Positions 10,902 to 25,003 of a stretch of DNA of 64,000 bases are shown here, in pieces. The DNA comes from Dudresnaya verticillata. Its lineage: Eukaryota. The notes beneath the pieces are model-generated. The model was not told the origin of the DNA. It saw only the letters and a program-made list of their open reading frames with translations, and did not search any database. The stretch covers positions 1,736,001 to 1,800,000 of the forward strand of contig OZ374561.1 in the NCBI GenBank assembly GCA_977862235.1, read 5' to 3'. Each line of letters opens with the position of its first letter. The stretch's first letter is position 1. A program made the translations under genes and the position numbers.

Positions 10902-12137
10902 TTAACTCAGCCGTTCTATGCGTCGCCTCACCTCGTCTCCGTATGCATTCTTGAGATACTTTCTGCATAGTTCATCCATGAATTGTTCCTCGTCCTCGTC
11001 CTCGTCCTCGTCTTCAACTTGATCCTTTGGCCCCCGAATCTGACCTGCTCTCAGAATTCTTCCCACTGCCTGCGAAACATCGCCTCGGGATCCCAACTCT
11101 TCGCCTTCCGCTCGGAGCCCAGTGCCCAACTCCCTTTTTTCAGCCCCACTGCCTGGCGATGAACCATGCTGTAAAGTGTCAACGTCATCTTGAAAAGAAA
11201 CTCGCCTCTGCTCAGCACGAATTCGCTGAAACCGTGATGAATCCCCCTCATAATGCCTTGGCCTTCCCCCGCTTTCACCGTGCATAGAGCTACTCGGACC
11301 GATTGGCACCCTGACACCCGGACGCGCGCCAGTATCCGTCCCGCTACCCTGCCTGACTCTCTCAAGTCTGGCAACAAAACCAGGGCCTTCCAACACTGCC
11401 TTGTCAGAAAATTTCCGCACCCCCTTTCTCCCGCAGAGTACCCTCAGCCACCCATGGCTTATCCATGCCCGACCGGCTTCAAACCGCACCATCACTACCT
11501 CTCTTTGAACCCAGTCGCCCCCTCTTTGTCGTCCTAGACGCCTGTTTCTTCGCCGCGCAAGCACGGCAGCGAGCCCCGCCATGACACCATGCACAGCTGT
11601 AGACGGGCCGAGCACCCATACGCCATCTGACGCGTCCGCATCGGCAGAGTGTACCTCCAGCTGATCACCGCGCTGCGACAGAAGGCCGCAAGTTTCGGCG
11701 GGGTTCAGAGCTGAACCCCCAGCAAGCACAATTGCAAGCGCGGTCCGACAAAGCGTTTGGCCGTCATGCGCGTCAAACTCCCGCTCCCGGCCTAGTCTGT
11801 GAGCGAAAGTAGGTAGTGTGGCGTAGAATACAACGACCGGAGAAGGGCCAGACAGATGCGCGGTTGCGGCGAGCGCCGGCTGTTGCAGTGGTGTTGGTGG
11901 GTAGCTCGGTGTTGGGGATGCGTGCAAGGGAATCTGAATGCCTAAAGTAAATGAGTTGGAATCTGGGAGTGTGAGAGAATTGACGTGAAGACCAGAAGGC
12001 GTCTCCGTTGCAAGCAGCGTGCCGAGCTTTTCGTTCTGAGTCGTGCTGCAATACAAGAGCGTGCGGATCTGCCGATACACGTGCGATGCGAGGTGGATTT
12101 GCGGGATCAGCGGCTCATTTGGCGTTGGTGCAGGCAT
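10902..12137 (-). CDS. Hypothetical protein (~411 aa), possibly a highly divergent STIL_N/MPN-like protein
   Basis: Long ORF whose first ATG is at 12137 (MPAPTPNEP). It has a globular-looking N-terminal half, a disordered linker, an acidic tract and a terminal helix MDELCRKYL. The family assignment is speculative. Confidence 0.7.
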   Translation of the reverse strand: MPAPTPNEPLIPQIHLASHVYRQIRTLLYCSTTQNEKLGTLLATETPSGLHVNSLTLPDSNSFTLGIQIPLHASPTPSYPPTPLQQPALAATAHLSGPSPVVVFYATLPTFAHRLGREREFDAHDGQTLCRTALAIVLAGGSALNPAETCGLLSQRGDQLEVHSADADASDGVWVLGPSTAVHGVMAGLAAVLARRRNRRLGRQRGGDWVQREVVMVRFEAGRAWISHGWLRVLCGRKGVRKFSDKAVLEGPGFVARLERVRQGSGTDTGARPGVRVPIGPSSSMHGESGGRPRHYEGDSSRFQRIRAEQRRVSFQDDVDTLQHGSSPGSGAEKRELGTGLRAEGEELGSRGDVSQAVGRILRAGQIRGPKDQVEDEDEDEDEEQFMDELCRKYLKNAYGDEVRRRIERLS

Positions 12138-12497
12138 TTTGAAGCAGCGCACAGTGAACGAAACTCGTCGCAATAATGCAGAGGAGTCTCCAACTTGGCG
12201 ATGCTTTCTCAACGGCGGGGGAGGGCGTTCGTCAAGCTCATGCACAGTGTGAGCAAGCGACAAACTCCTTCGAACGCAAGGTGCAGTTTTCAGGAATTTA
12301 GCGGGAAATTGCCTCTTCAAAATCTTGGAGTGATTCCTCGTCGCGTTCACTTTCACACTTGCGCGATGCGCTTGGCTCGGCGCCAGGCTACCCTTTTAGA
12401 AACTGTCCCCGTGGCTCTAGACCCATGTCTGCAGATGTTAAGGCTCTATAAAAATTTACAATGAGCACTCGTGACCTATGAAAGCTAAGCGGCTCCA

Positions 12498-14621
12498 TCA
12501 CTCTTCAACTTCGCCTTCGTCTGTTTGTCTCGCTAGCCTCTTGGTTCTGACTACAAGAACTGTGATGAGAATCACTAGCAGCCCCCCTACAATCGCCAAG
12601 TCTTCCCCAATCGAGCTTCCAACCTTGTTCTTGGCAGAAGCGACTGGCCTACCCTTGCCTTCTGCACCCCCTACATGTGCAGTATCACCTTCAACCCCTG
12701 TACCCCCGTCGAAAGAGTCTCGCAACCGCGTCCACCATTCCCATCCGTCGTTTGCCCATGAACCCATAACCGGCCTCCACCACACCCATATGTCCGTTGC
12801 CCACCAGTATATCCTGAGGCCCACTATTGCCAAGTTTGCAGCGATTGCCGGGTTTGTCTCCATCCCACGTACCATTTCCAGGTGGTACAGTGCCCTTTCC
12901 CGATCTAAAGGCACCCCATTGCCATTTGCATACATCAGTGCCAGGGAGAACAGCCCTTCTGGATTATTTAAAGCTCCAGAGTTATTATAAGCCCTTGCTG
13001 CAGTGATGTAGTCTCGCTTCTCCAAGTACACAACATCCCCTGAGCGCAGATAGGATTCTGATTTGCCCTGGCACCCACTCATGCTGTACCAGTCCTGCAT
13101 CTCTTGTATTCTCCGTTCTCGACTCCAGTGGGCAAGTTCCGGGATATCCTCCTGCGCAGAGAGCTCGAGGATAATGGCCGTATTAAACTGCGCCAATTCT
13201 ATACCAGCAAGCCCGGCAAGTGAGTGTCTGTACAGCGACCCGAACACGTCGCCCTTGTCGAAAGCACTCAAAGCTAAGTCGAACAAATTACCCCATTCGC
13301 CCTCCTCTGCAACCTCCTTGAAGTAGTGCAACGCTCGCGGGCAGTCTGAATGTGACGCTGGATGAAGCCCATCCAAGAGGATAACTCCGAGGTTGTGCTT
13401 GCTCTGAATACTGCCAAGCTGGGCAGCTTCGTGAAAGTGCCGGTACGCAGTCTTCACATTCTTCTCAACGCCTGACCCATGCCAATACAGCATTGCAAGC
13501 TGGAATGAAGCGTCCGCATGTTTCTTTTCTGTTGCAAGGTTAAAGTGCATCGCAGCCTTGGAGGCATCCTTCTTCATACCTCCCAGACCATGTAAGAAGA
13601 TCATCCCGAGCCCATAATGTCCAATTCGATCTCCATGACCTGCCGAGTGCCGAAAGTGGTACATAGCACCCGAATAGTTGCTCTGGCGCATGGCGAGGTG
13701 CCCCATAAGTCCATGCGCTTCACCATGCCCCTCTCCTGCAGCGCGTCGAAGGTGATGCCTCGCCTGGTTGGCATCCGGCTCCACACCAAGCCCGCCTGTG
13801 AGCAGCAAGCTGCCAATAAGAGTCATCGCATTTGTGTCACCACCCTCTGCGGAGTGGCGGTAGTAATGGAAATGATCCAAGTCATCCGAATTGGACTGCG
13901 CGTTACGTCGAAAGGTCTCCTCGGAAAAGCGCGTACGCCCGACGCTGACCAGTGAAGAAGCAAGCGGGGCGTCCCCATGTTGGAAGTTATGCGCAGTGGG
14001 CCAGTATCGAGGGTCGGTGGCAATGGCGTGCGCGGCCTTCTTATAGTATGACGCTGCGGTATGGCAGTCCCTCTGCACGCCTAGCCCGTACATATATCGA
14101 AAGCCAAGCGCAGACGAAGCATACACATTACCAGAGCCTGCCGCGAAGTGCCAGTGGACCAGGGCGCGCTCGAGCGACTTGGGAACGCCATGGCGGTCGG
14201 CCAAGCCTGAGGCATGCAGCGCGCCCAGCAGGGCGTGGGCGTCCGGCTGGCCGCGCTCGACGGCGCGGCGCAGGGACGCGACGGCGCCCGGAATGTCGCG
14301 GCGGAGGTTTCCGTCGGCTGCCAGCAAGAGGGCGCCGGCTGTGGCGGCGGCGCCCTCATGCCCCAAGGCGGCGGCGAGGCGGAAGCGCTTGATGGCGGAG
14401 CGGTAGTCCGCGGCCCGTGAGATGCGGTCCTCGCCGTCTGCGATGAGGTCTTTGAGCCATTGCTGGCGCGTGGCGTCTGGCGGGGAGGACCGGTTGGCCG
14501 GGCTTGTTGGGGGGTGGTGCGGCGTGAGCAGGGCGCGGACTTGCGCGGTGGGCACGGCGCTGGCGTGGAGGGCGAACAGCGCAAAGGCGAGCACGAGGAG
14601 CGCAAGGCGCGACGACGACAT
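12498..14621 (-). CDS. HRD3: SEL1L/HRD3 ERAD adaptor (Sel1-repeat type I membrane protein)
   Basis: Signal peptide MSSSRLALLVLAFALFALHASA from ATG 14621. Many Sel1 repeats (ALGFRYMYGLGVQRDCHTAASYYKKAA), the HRD3-like segment A..YFKEVAEEGEW...AGIELAQFNTA, and a C-terminal TM helix. Confidence 0.88.
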   Translation of the reverse strand: MSSSRLALLVLAFALFALHASAVPTAQVRALLTPHHPPTSPANRSSPPDATRQQWLKDLIADGEDRISRAADYRSAIKRFRLAAALGHEGAAATAGALLLAADGNLRRDIPGAVASLRRAVERGQPDAHALLGALHASGLADRHGVPKSLERALVHWHFAAGSGNVYASSALGFRYMYGLGVQRDCHTAASYYKKAAHAIATDPRYWPTAHNFQHGDAPLASSLVSVGRTRFSEETFRRNAQSNSDDLDHFHYYRHSAEGGDTNAMTLIGSLLLTGGLGVEPDANQARHHLRRAAGEGHGEAHGLMGHLAMRQSNYSGAMYHFRHSAGHGDRIGHYGLGMIFLHGLGGMKKDASKAAMHFNLATEKKHADASFQLAMLYWHGSGVEKNVKTAYRHFHEAAQLGSIQSKHNLGVILLDGLHPASHSDCPRALHYFKEVAEEGEWGNLFDLALSAFDKGDVFGSLYRHSLAGLAGIELAQFNTAIILELSAQEDIPELAHWSRERRIQEMQDWYSMSGCQGKSESYLRSGDVVYLEKRDYITAARAYNNSGALNNPEGLFSLALMYANGNGVPLDRERALYHLEMVRGMETNPAIAANLAIVGLRIYWWATDIWVWWRPVMGSWANDGWEWWTRLRDSFDGGTGVEGDTAHVGGAEGKGRPVASAKNKVGSSIGEDLAIVGGLLVILITVLVVRTKRLARQTDEGEVEE

Positions 14622-16561
14622 GATAGCGCAGTGGTGGGAAAGGGGGCGCGGCTCCGCGCCGGACGGGGACCGAGGTGTGTGCGAGGGGGCGGGCGGTGGC
14701 CAGAGGGGGCGGGGGGGTTTTTGTTGCCGCGACAGGCGGAGCGGGTGGGATTCGGGGTGGACTCGCGGCGGGGCGGTTCGCGAGTGCGAATGCGCTGTGC
14801 GCGGGAGGCGCGGAGGCGGGGAGGGCCTAGTGTGGGCGCGTTCTATTGGGCTCGGCGCACCGCAGAGTTTTATTACAGAAGTGTAAGGACCGCGCGGCGC
14901 TGCGGCGCTTGTACAGCACGCGCTGACGTCAGTCATTTTATGGCCATCACTCATTCAACTTCGCCTCGCTGCATGTGCACGTTGTGACAAAGGCAATCCG
15001 CCCTGCAAATCCCGCTCCTTCCAAAGTCCCGCCAGCCGCTGCCCGTCGAGCAGCGTCGCTTCGATCCGGGCGCAGGCCTTTCCCCGCTCCACAAACGCTG
15101 CGTTCAAACACGCCCGAGATGCACTCCAGCCTCGGCTCCACCCGCGCGTTTGAGCTGCGGCGTCTTCATGGATGCATAAAGCCAGATCGTGTTTCAAACT
15201 CCATGTTTCCACTTCATTTCAGCACCAGTGCCTGCCCCTGTAAACAGCGGTCTTGAGCCCTCTACCTGCTAGCATGGCGTCTGGTTGTTCGCCCGGCCTG
15301 GTGCAAGACATGTTGATTGTAGTTCGCCCCGAGTTGTATACATCCACATCGCTAGCCCTGGGACACCGCTCCTGATCTTTTGCCGCGCCTCGCTAGTCGT
15401 CTGCCTGACGGCGGAAAGAAGAGAGCTAACATGGCAGCCAGATTCGAGCCCTGCGTGGAGTGTTACTTTCAAAACTATTTGTGGCGTAGGTCTTCCGCCA
15501 CACTGCAGCCGCCATGATGGAGTCCGTTAAAGAAGGAGTTTCCAAGAAGATTCTGCCGGAGATTGGCTTATTTATCTTTGAGTTAAACTTTTTCGACAAC
15601 CACGCTGCAGCTAAACTAGGAAAGGCATTATTGCAAACATTATCAAAATTGTGAACGTCGTGTATCGCAAGCTACATCGCTCCCTGTGATTCTAGTTCAA
15701 GGGCAGCAGTGCCCCTCTTCTATGCGTGTTTGCGCCTCGTGCCATCCAGTAGCCATGCGTCTTTCCCATCCGACGGCACACCTTCTATAACGCTGCTTCT
15801 GACAAATTCCAAAGAACTTTCCGCAGAGCGCCACATTGCTGAAAGTTTAGAGTTCTGGACGGACTTCCCGCACGTCACGGCACAAGAGCTTGCGGTCCAC
15901 CAGCTGCAGTATCCGTGCACTTGGATGCTTTCCTTCGAGTCTTTCGAGCCGCTTTTTCGGCACTGCGTGGAATGAAGAGATAGATGGTTATTGTTGCCGT
16001 TGCAGTCGTAGCCAGGTTTTTGGTTCTCCTTGAGCATTTACACCTCAATACCAACAATCCTGCAGCCAGGATCCACCCTATCCGCGTACCGGACATTGAA
16101 TATCATCCATCTATCCACTGCAGGCGGTGTAGCTCTATGCCTGTTTCGTGCTCGCTCGCCACATCTGGGGTGCTCAAACACAACCGCAAAATCAGATGCA
16201 CAGCTGTGGCAACCTCTTTATGCAATGCTCCTCATTCCGTAGACCAGTGAGTGGACAGTACTTTACCATAATCTTTGCTTGAATTTCGGATCGATCAAAT
16301 CCGTCAGTCAACACGACGCCAGTAGCCCTAAAAAAACTCCGGTAGGCGGAAACAGCGATGCCCTTCGGAAAAGATCGTCGTGATCCCTCCCAGGCCCCCG
16401 CGCCATCACTCACATCAATCCAGCTTGTTGCCCGGCACACCACTCCGCCACACTCTGCCACACTCCGCACCCTCCGCCGAGCTTGCTCCGTATGTGCCTC
16501 TCAGCCCGGCCGGGGTGAACTGGAGCGCCAACCGCGCGCGCAGTATCCAAAGCCCCTTCCA

Positions 16562-18070
16562 ATGCCGCCGGGCAGAGCCACTCTCCGCCCTGTTGCGCAG
16601 TCGCTGGCGATAGCCACCTTCTGTCTCAAGCTCCTGCTGTTTCCCACAACGCCTAGCACCGACTTTGAGGTGCACCGCCACTGGAAGGCGCTTACACATA
16701 ACCTCCCGCTATCGCAATGGTACGTCGATAGCTCCTCGCAGTGGACCCTCGACTACCCGCCGCTCTTCGCGTACTTCGAGTGCGCACTTTCGCATATCGC
16801 CGCCGTCGTCCACGCTCCGTTGCTCGACCTCGACGCGCATGGGTACGACCACCCCGCCGCAGTCGCCTTCTTACGTGCCACAGTGCTAGCTACAGACCCG
16901 CTGTTCAGCCTCGCAGCCTTTTATTATGCCGAAACGCTCTTCCCAGGAGACACCCTCGCACAAGCTAGAAGAGCCGTCGTCGCGTTTGCACTCACAGTCC
17001 TGCATCCCGGTATCTTCCTCGTCGACAATGTCCACTTCCAATATAACGCCCTCCCACTCGCTTTCCTCCTCTTCACGCTCGCAGCGCTGCTGTCAAACCG
17101 CCCAGTTGTGGCGGCGGCGCTGTTCTCCACTGCGCTGAACCTGAAGCACACACTACTGCCAGCAGTACCTGCAGTGGCGGTCATGCTGCTGCGCCAGGCG
17201 CGCACGCCAGGTACTTTTGTCCAGGTCGCGGTTTCCACAGCAGTGTCTTTCCTTCTACCATGGTACCCGCTCTACCACGTCGGCGGCACAAATGCACTTA
17301 CACAAGCACTGCGCCGTATGTTTCCCTTTTCCCGCGGCCTACTGCATGCGTACTGGGCGCCTAACGCGTGGGCGGTATACGCGGGCATGGACAAGGCGCT
17401 CACGCGCGCGGGATTGTCAGTACGAAATCCGGATGTCGACGCGGCAAGCGGGATCATCGGCGGAAAGCGGCCATTCGCAGCTCTGCCAAACCCGACGCCC
17501 GCGGTGTGCGCAGCGCTCGTCGCTGGAGCAATCGCACCTGTCCTGCTGGGCATCAGGCGTGGGTGTGACGCGCCCCTCGCAGTAGGGGTTTCCGCTTTGG
17601 TCGCATTCTCGTTTTCGTGGCATGTCCATGAAAAGGCCATGCTCGTGGCGCTGGTGGTGCTGGCAGGACTTGCGGTGGATGCGGAAGAAAACTTTGCAGA
17701 GGGATTTCTGTGGGCGTCGCTGGGTGGGACGTTCGGACTTTTCCCATTAGTGACTGAGGTGGGCGTGGCGGTGTACAAAGTGGCGCATTTTGCTGGCTAT
17801 CATGTTCTTGCGGGGGGGCTGATTCTTGGTCGCAGGTTTCGCTGGAAGAGGCACTGGGGGTTAGTCGGGTATACGGCGGGGCTCATGGTGGTCGAGGCAT
17901 ATGCGGGCGTCGGCGGGGTGCATCGGTGGGTCCTGGGCGATAGGCTCGCTTTCTTGCCACTAGCCATCGTCAGCACGTACGCTGCAGCCGGCGTCGGCTT
18001 CGGGCTCTGCAAGGTTTGGTGGGCGGCGGTAGGGGCCGCGCGAACCGGGGGGAAGGAGGGAGTGCGATGA
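16562..18070 (+). CDS. ALG8: Dolichyl-P-Glc alpha-1,3-glucosyltransferase ALG8
   Basis: STDFEVHRHW, WTLDYPPLFAYFE, VDNVHFQYN, FPFSRGLLHAYWAPN and WHVHEKA motifs in a multi-TM protein. The start is likely ATG 16562; an in-frame ATG at 16358 is also possible. Confidence 0.92.
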   Translation: MPPGRATLRPVAQSLAIATFCLKLLLFPTTPSTDFEVHRHWKALTHNLPLSQWYVDSSSQWTLDYPPLFAYFECALSHIAAVVHAPLLDLDAHGYDHPAAVAFLRATVLATDPLFSLAAFYYAETLFPGDTLAQARRAVVAFALTVLHPGIFLVDNVHFQYNALPLAFLLFTLAALLSNRPVVAAALFSTALNLKHTLLPAVPAVAVMLLRQARTPGTFVQVAVSTAVSFLLPWYPLYHVGGTNALTQALRRMFPFSRGLLHAYWAPNAWAVYAGMDKALTRAGLSVRNPDVDAASGIIGGKRPFAALPNPTPAVCAALVAGAIAPVLLGIRRGCDAPLAVGVSALVAFSFSWHVHEKAMLVALVVLAGLAVDAEENFAEGFLWASLGGTFGLFPLVTEVGVAVYKVAHFAGYHVLAGGLILGRRFRWKRHWGLVGYTAGLMVVEAYAGVGGVHRWVLGDRLAFLPLAIVSTYAAAGVGFGLCKVWWAAVGAARTGGKEGVR

Positions 18071-18596
18071 TGGCGGCGGGAGTAAGTTTGGTGGGCACGC
18101 TTAGTTCTGAGAGGAGGTACATGCCGCTTCCAACGCGGATCTGGCTGGCATTGCCAGCGAGCACGTGCACTGCGTTGCTTTGTGACACTATCGGGTGCGC
18201 AGTGGGCGGTTCAAGAGGCGTGTCCAGCGGCATTTCCAACGAAGCACACCACGACAATTCATGTTCGTACTTTGCCCGTACCGTACTATGGCTTCACCAC
18301 AGGGCTATTTTGAGTGAGCAAATCTGGATCCCTTGATTGGGAAATACTGTACTCGGGATACACGTGTATACACGTATGCACCGAAAATGAGTTCATTCCG
18401 CAAAAATCCTATTTAGTAGAATAAATTAGGGAATACAAATGTACACGTGGAGAGTAGCTGAAGCCAGAGAATTGAGACTATTTCAAAGTCCAGATCCAGA
18501 TGAATCGGGATCAGTCTGTAGCGAGACTTCGGATCGTCGTCGGCACGAGGGGCCGATAGCAAGCCGCTCCGTGTCCACGTGGCGCCCATTGGATGG

Positions 18597-18611
18597 AGAA
18601 ACTTCCAGAAC
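18597..18611. promoter_or_regulatory. Perfect three-unit heat shock element upstream of CDC48
   Basis: aGAAacTTCcaGAAc matches nGAAnnTTCnnGAAn, about 310 bp upstream of the ATG. It is adjacent to a G-box (CACGTG, 18576-18581) and an inverted CCAAT box (18582-18592). Confidence 0.6.
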
Positions 18612-18640
18612 CGGAGTTGCCGCCTTCCAGCGTTTGGTGA

Positions 18641-21561
<2,921 letters not shown>

Positions 21562-21928
21562 TCAGAAGGTGTGCAAGGATGTCCTGTTCACTTTGGAAGA
21601 GCGTTCCCAGTGATGTTGACTGGGAAGTGCCTTCTAATGTACTGTGAAGTGTAGCGTCTCGGGCAAAGGTTTTTTTGCTCCATGTACTAAGTAAAGAGAC
21701 AACGTCATTCATTTTGTTGTCCTGGTCTGCCCTGTGAGCCCCAACGTTTCGTTTACCTCAGTGATACGATTAAAAATATATAGCTTGGTGCTGAAGAAGA
21801 ACAGGATTGAGATCGTCACGCAGCAGACATACCCAGCCCATACAGTAGTGCGCCCCTGCTGCCGGGTGTGCAGCTCCCTAAACAAGTATATGTCGGGTTA
21901 CATATTCATCTGGACTCTGATTAAGAGC

Positions 21929-21969
21929 ATGCACATGCACATGCACATGCACATGCACATGCACATGCA
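21929..21969. repeat. (ATGCAC)n hexamer microsatellite, about 7 copies
   Basis: Read directly; alternating purine/pyrimidine tract. Confidence 0.9.
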
Positions 21970-24900
21970 GGCGACAGAAGACGATCTGCGCAGACAGGTG
22001 ACAGTGTTGAATGAAGCAATCACCTTCTAAGATAATCTTGTTCGCATTGCAGACTTTGGCAGTAGTTTGACGAGCTGGTGAGGTCGGAAGCTGCTCATCG
22101 AAGAAGCGTTTCTCAGCTATGGTAGAGAAGTGTGCCGCTAGGCCAAGAATATGTCCAATGGGCCATGGGCTCGGAAACAGGGTATGTTAAGTAGCACTCC
22201 AGTACTTTAGCAGTACCTCTTGAGTTCTGCAGGGTCGATTCGCAATGTATTTCATGTCCCAGGATGTTGAGGATATGCAATCTCTGGATGTCTTCGTGCT
22301 TTCCTGAAGCCGTCTTCCGAGTAATTTTTCTGGTGCAATCGTCCGCTGTTGGAGAACTATTGTTACCAAAAGCATGAAAGAGACTGTACTTCCCATGTTT
22401 AGGGGTTGCTAAACTGCACATATCAGAGTCGGCTCCGCCGAGTTGGCGCGAAGCTCTGCCGACAAGGCCAGTGAAGTTAGAGTGGGCAGCCTACACATAG
22501 AAGCCCAGTTGGAGTGGTCCCATGGCCACCTGTAAAGGTCGGGTTGGGTTCATAGGTGCTTGGTATCCAGTTTTCACAAATCTATTGAAAGGGGAAGAGG
22601 CATCGGTTTGACCTTCGCTATCATGTGTGGGGTAGTGATGACTCAGCCTGCACGAAGGTTTGATCACCATTGATGATACCTAGCAGTTTTGAGCCTTTTC
22701 CTCTCAAAGCTGCTGGTCGAGATCCCATCATTGATTGAGTTGCATTGAGCATGGCCACTGCTCTCAAACAATATATATTTCCAGCGACAACGTTTGGTAG
22801 ACCTCCCCGACAATGTCTGGCCAACTCGGAACGTAGTCCACTGGTAGGATTCTACCCCGAACGCTCGACTGCATCATCCCGTCAGCACGATACTTGCCGA
22901 TGTCCTGGTCGCGACAAGATTCGCTAGATGAGAATATTTTCTTTGAAGAGGACAGGACATTAGCATCCCCTAGTTCCGTGATTGTTTTGTTTCGTCTGCA
23001 GAAGTTCGCTGAACGTTAGCGATTGCAATTTCGCAACGCGACAGAGTGGCTTTGCTGGTCCGCCTAGAAAATAATGCTGCAGCTTGCTCGCCTATGTTGT
23101 AACTATGCCCTGTACATAACCAGAAATTTACTTTTTTGCTGCTGTATCGGCATCTTTTTGGTGATAGCATTTTACCATACAACTGTACACGATACAAAGA
23201 CTTTCAATCTAAAGGATGGGTGCACAACCTAATTCAGACTGAAGACTGCAATCTTGTAAGTGAAAAACGAACTTATTCTAGTCCAGAATGGGGCGCAATG
23301 CTCCCTATGTGCTGTTCAGAATCCAGGACGGCTGTCCTTGCTCTCTAAGGTTTAATACCAAGCGAAGAACAAACCTGAACTATACAAATATAATGACACA
23401 TATATCGTGTACGTTTCGACAGCATCACAAACAGCTAATTGCATTGCCCTACTGTGCATCTCAACATCACCATCAAGCTATTTTGCACCACAATGGCCAG
23501 CCGGGTTTAAGCAAATACAATAATCGTGCATTGGTTTGTACAGGTAACACGGGTGCACCCATTTTAAAATAGTTCTAAAGCAATGCCGACCGTCTAGGGA
23601 GCGTTTCAACTTCAAGAAAAAATTGCTCATTCCTCAGTAGTATTGACTCTTCCAGTCCGGAACGGATCCGGAAGATGCTAATACCGTACGGCAGCTTCTC
23701 TTGGGTCTACTTCTTTTCACAAATTCTCGTCCTTCTGCATGCCTGCACCTGGCTATCGATAGCCAAGAGGCAAGGAAAAGGTAATGAATAGTGCCACTCA
23801 ACATTTGGGAGGAGTGTTCAGGTCGACCTTGACAGTTTAAGACTTATCAACGCTCGTGGTTGCCAACGGTATTTTTGCTTATTAAGGGCTTCCTTTTGCA
23901 CATATGTGAATAGTCTAAAATCGCTGGGAATGGCAGTCCTCATGGATGCTCGTAATCTGCAACTCAGGGAGTAATCTACCTGGAAGAGCGGCAACAATGC
24001 TGGTCAGCCCGCAATATGTATCACATACTGAACAGTACTCTGTCTATGGTAGGCTAGATACATATTTCGTGAACAGTTCGGCGAAACAGAAGTTCTCAGC
24101 TTCAAAAATTGCATGTCAATTACTGGAAACAATAACCTGTATTAGCTGCTTCGATAAAAAAGACCAACCTGTTATGCATTGTTCCCTGCTAAGATCTGTT
24201 TCAGTTGTTCACTTGCATAACGCCACGATGCGATTACGGGTTTCCCCTTCGCAGTGACGACAGTTGCAATGCGGAGCCCCGGCACTCACTATGGGCTAAG
24301 CCCATCGCCCGCCAACGCCCAACACAAACAGTAGCACTTACAGAAACCGTTCTTCGCTGAATCCTCGCTGCTCATGTACCACCGGCAGTCCAGGAATAGA
24401 GATGCCATGACGCACGCCTATCGAGGGTAGAGCATCTGACTGTCTGAACCCAGAACCTGGCGTTTGATCCCATGAATAATTGCTTTATTTCATAGTCGGA
24501 AGAAAGCGTAGCGGATCGCTTTAGGTTTTGGATAGGTATTGGATATTGGATTGCTCTACTTGAGCTTCGTACTAGTTTTCCATGACTGGGGCAATTCGCT
24601 TTCACCTCCACAACGACGAAATGAACAACGATCTGCTGCAAGAGTTGCATTCGACACTTTAGGTTACAAGGGCTAGAGCCCGAAATAAATGCCAAGGACG
24701 AAGTTGAAGAGCGCCACTGAATCGTCCGAAAAATTCATTTTTGGGTGAATTACTTTCGGAGTTTCCAAATTAGCCCTTTCTTCCCATTTCGTCCATCACA
24801 GAAGTCGCCTTCCAGCGCGACGCGGACCATTTTAGAATCTTCGGTAGCCTTTCTGGACCATCTCATCAATCCCGCTTCTACCCATCTGGTTGCTTCAAGC

Positions 24901-25003
24901 AGCTACTCTTGCTGCACCTTTCGCAGAGCGCTCGCAAATCTCGCTTGCACACAGTTCGTCTTTCCGAGTCTGCAGAAGATTTCTTGCGCACCCTCATCTC
25001 GCA

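Noticed and set aside
15700..16100. Short ORFs with a possible intron between HRD3 and ALG8
   Set aside because: No splice combination tried gave a recognisable protein.
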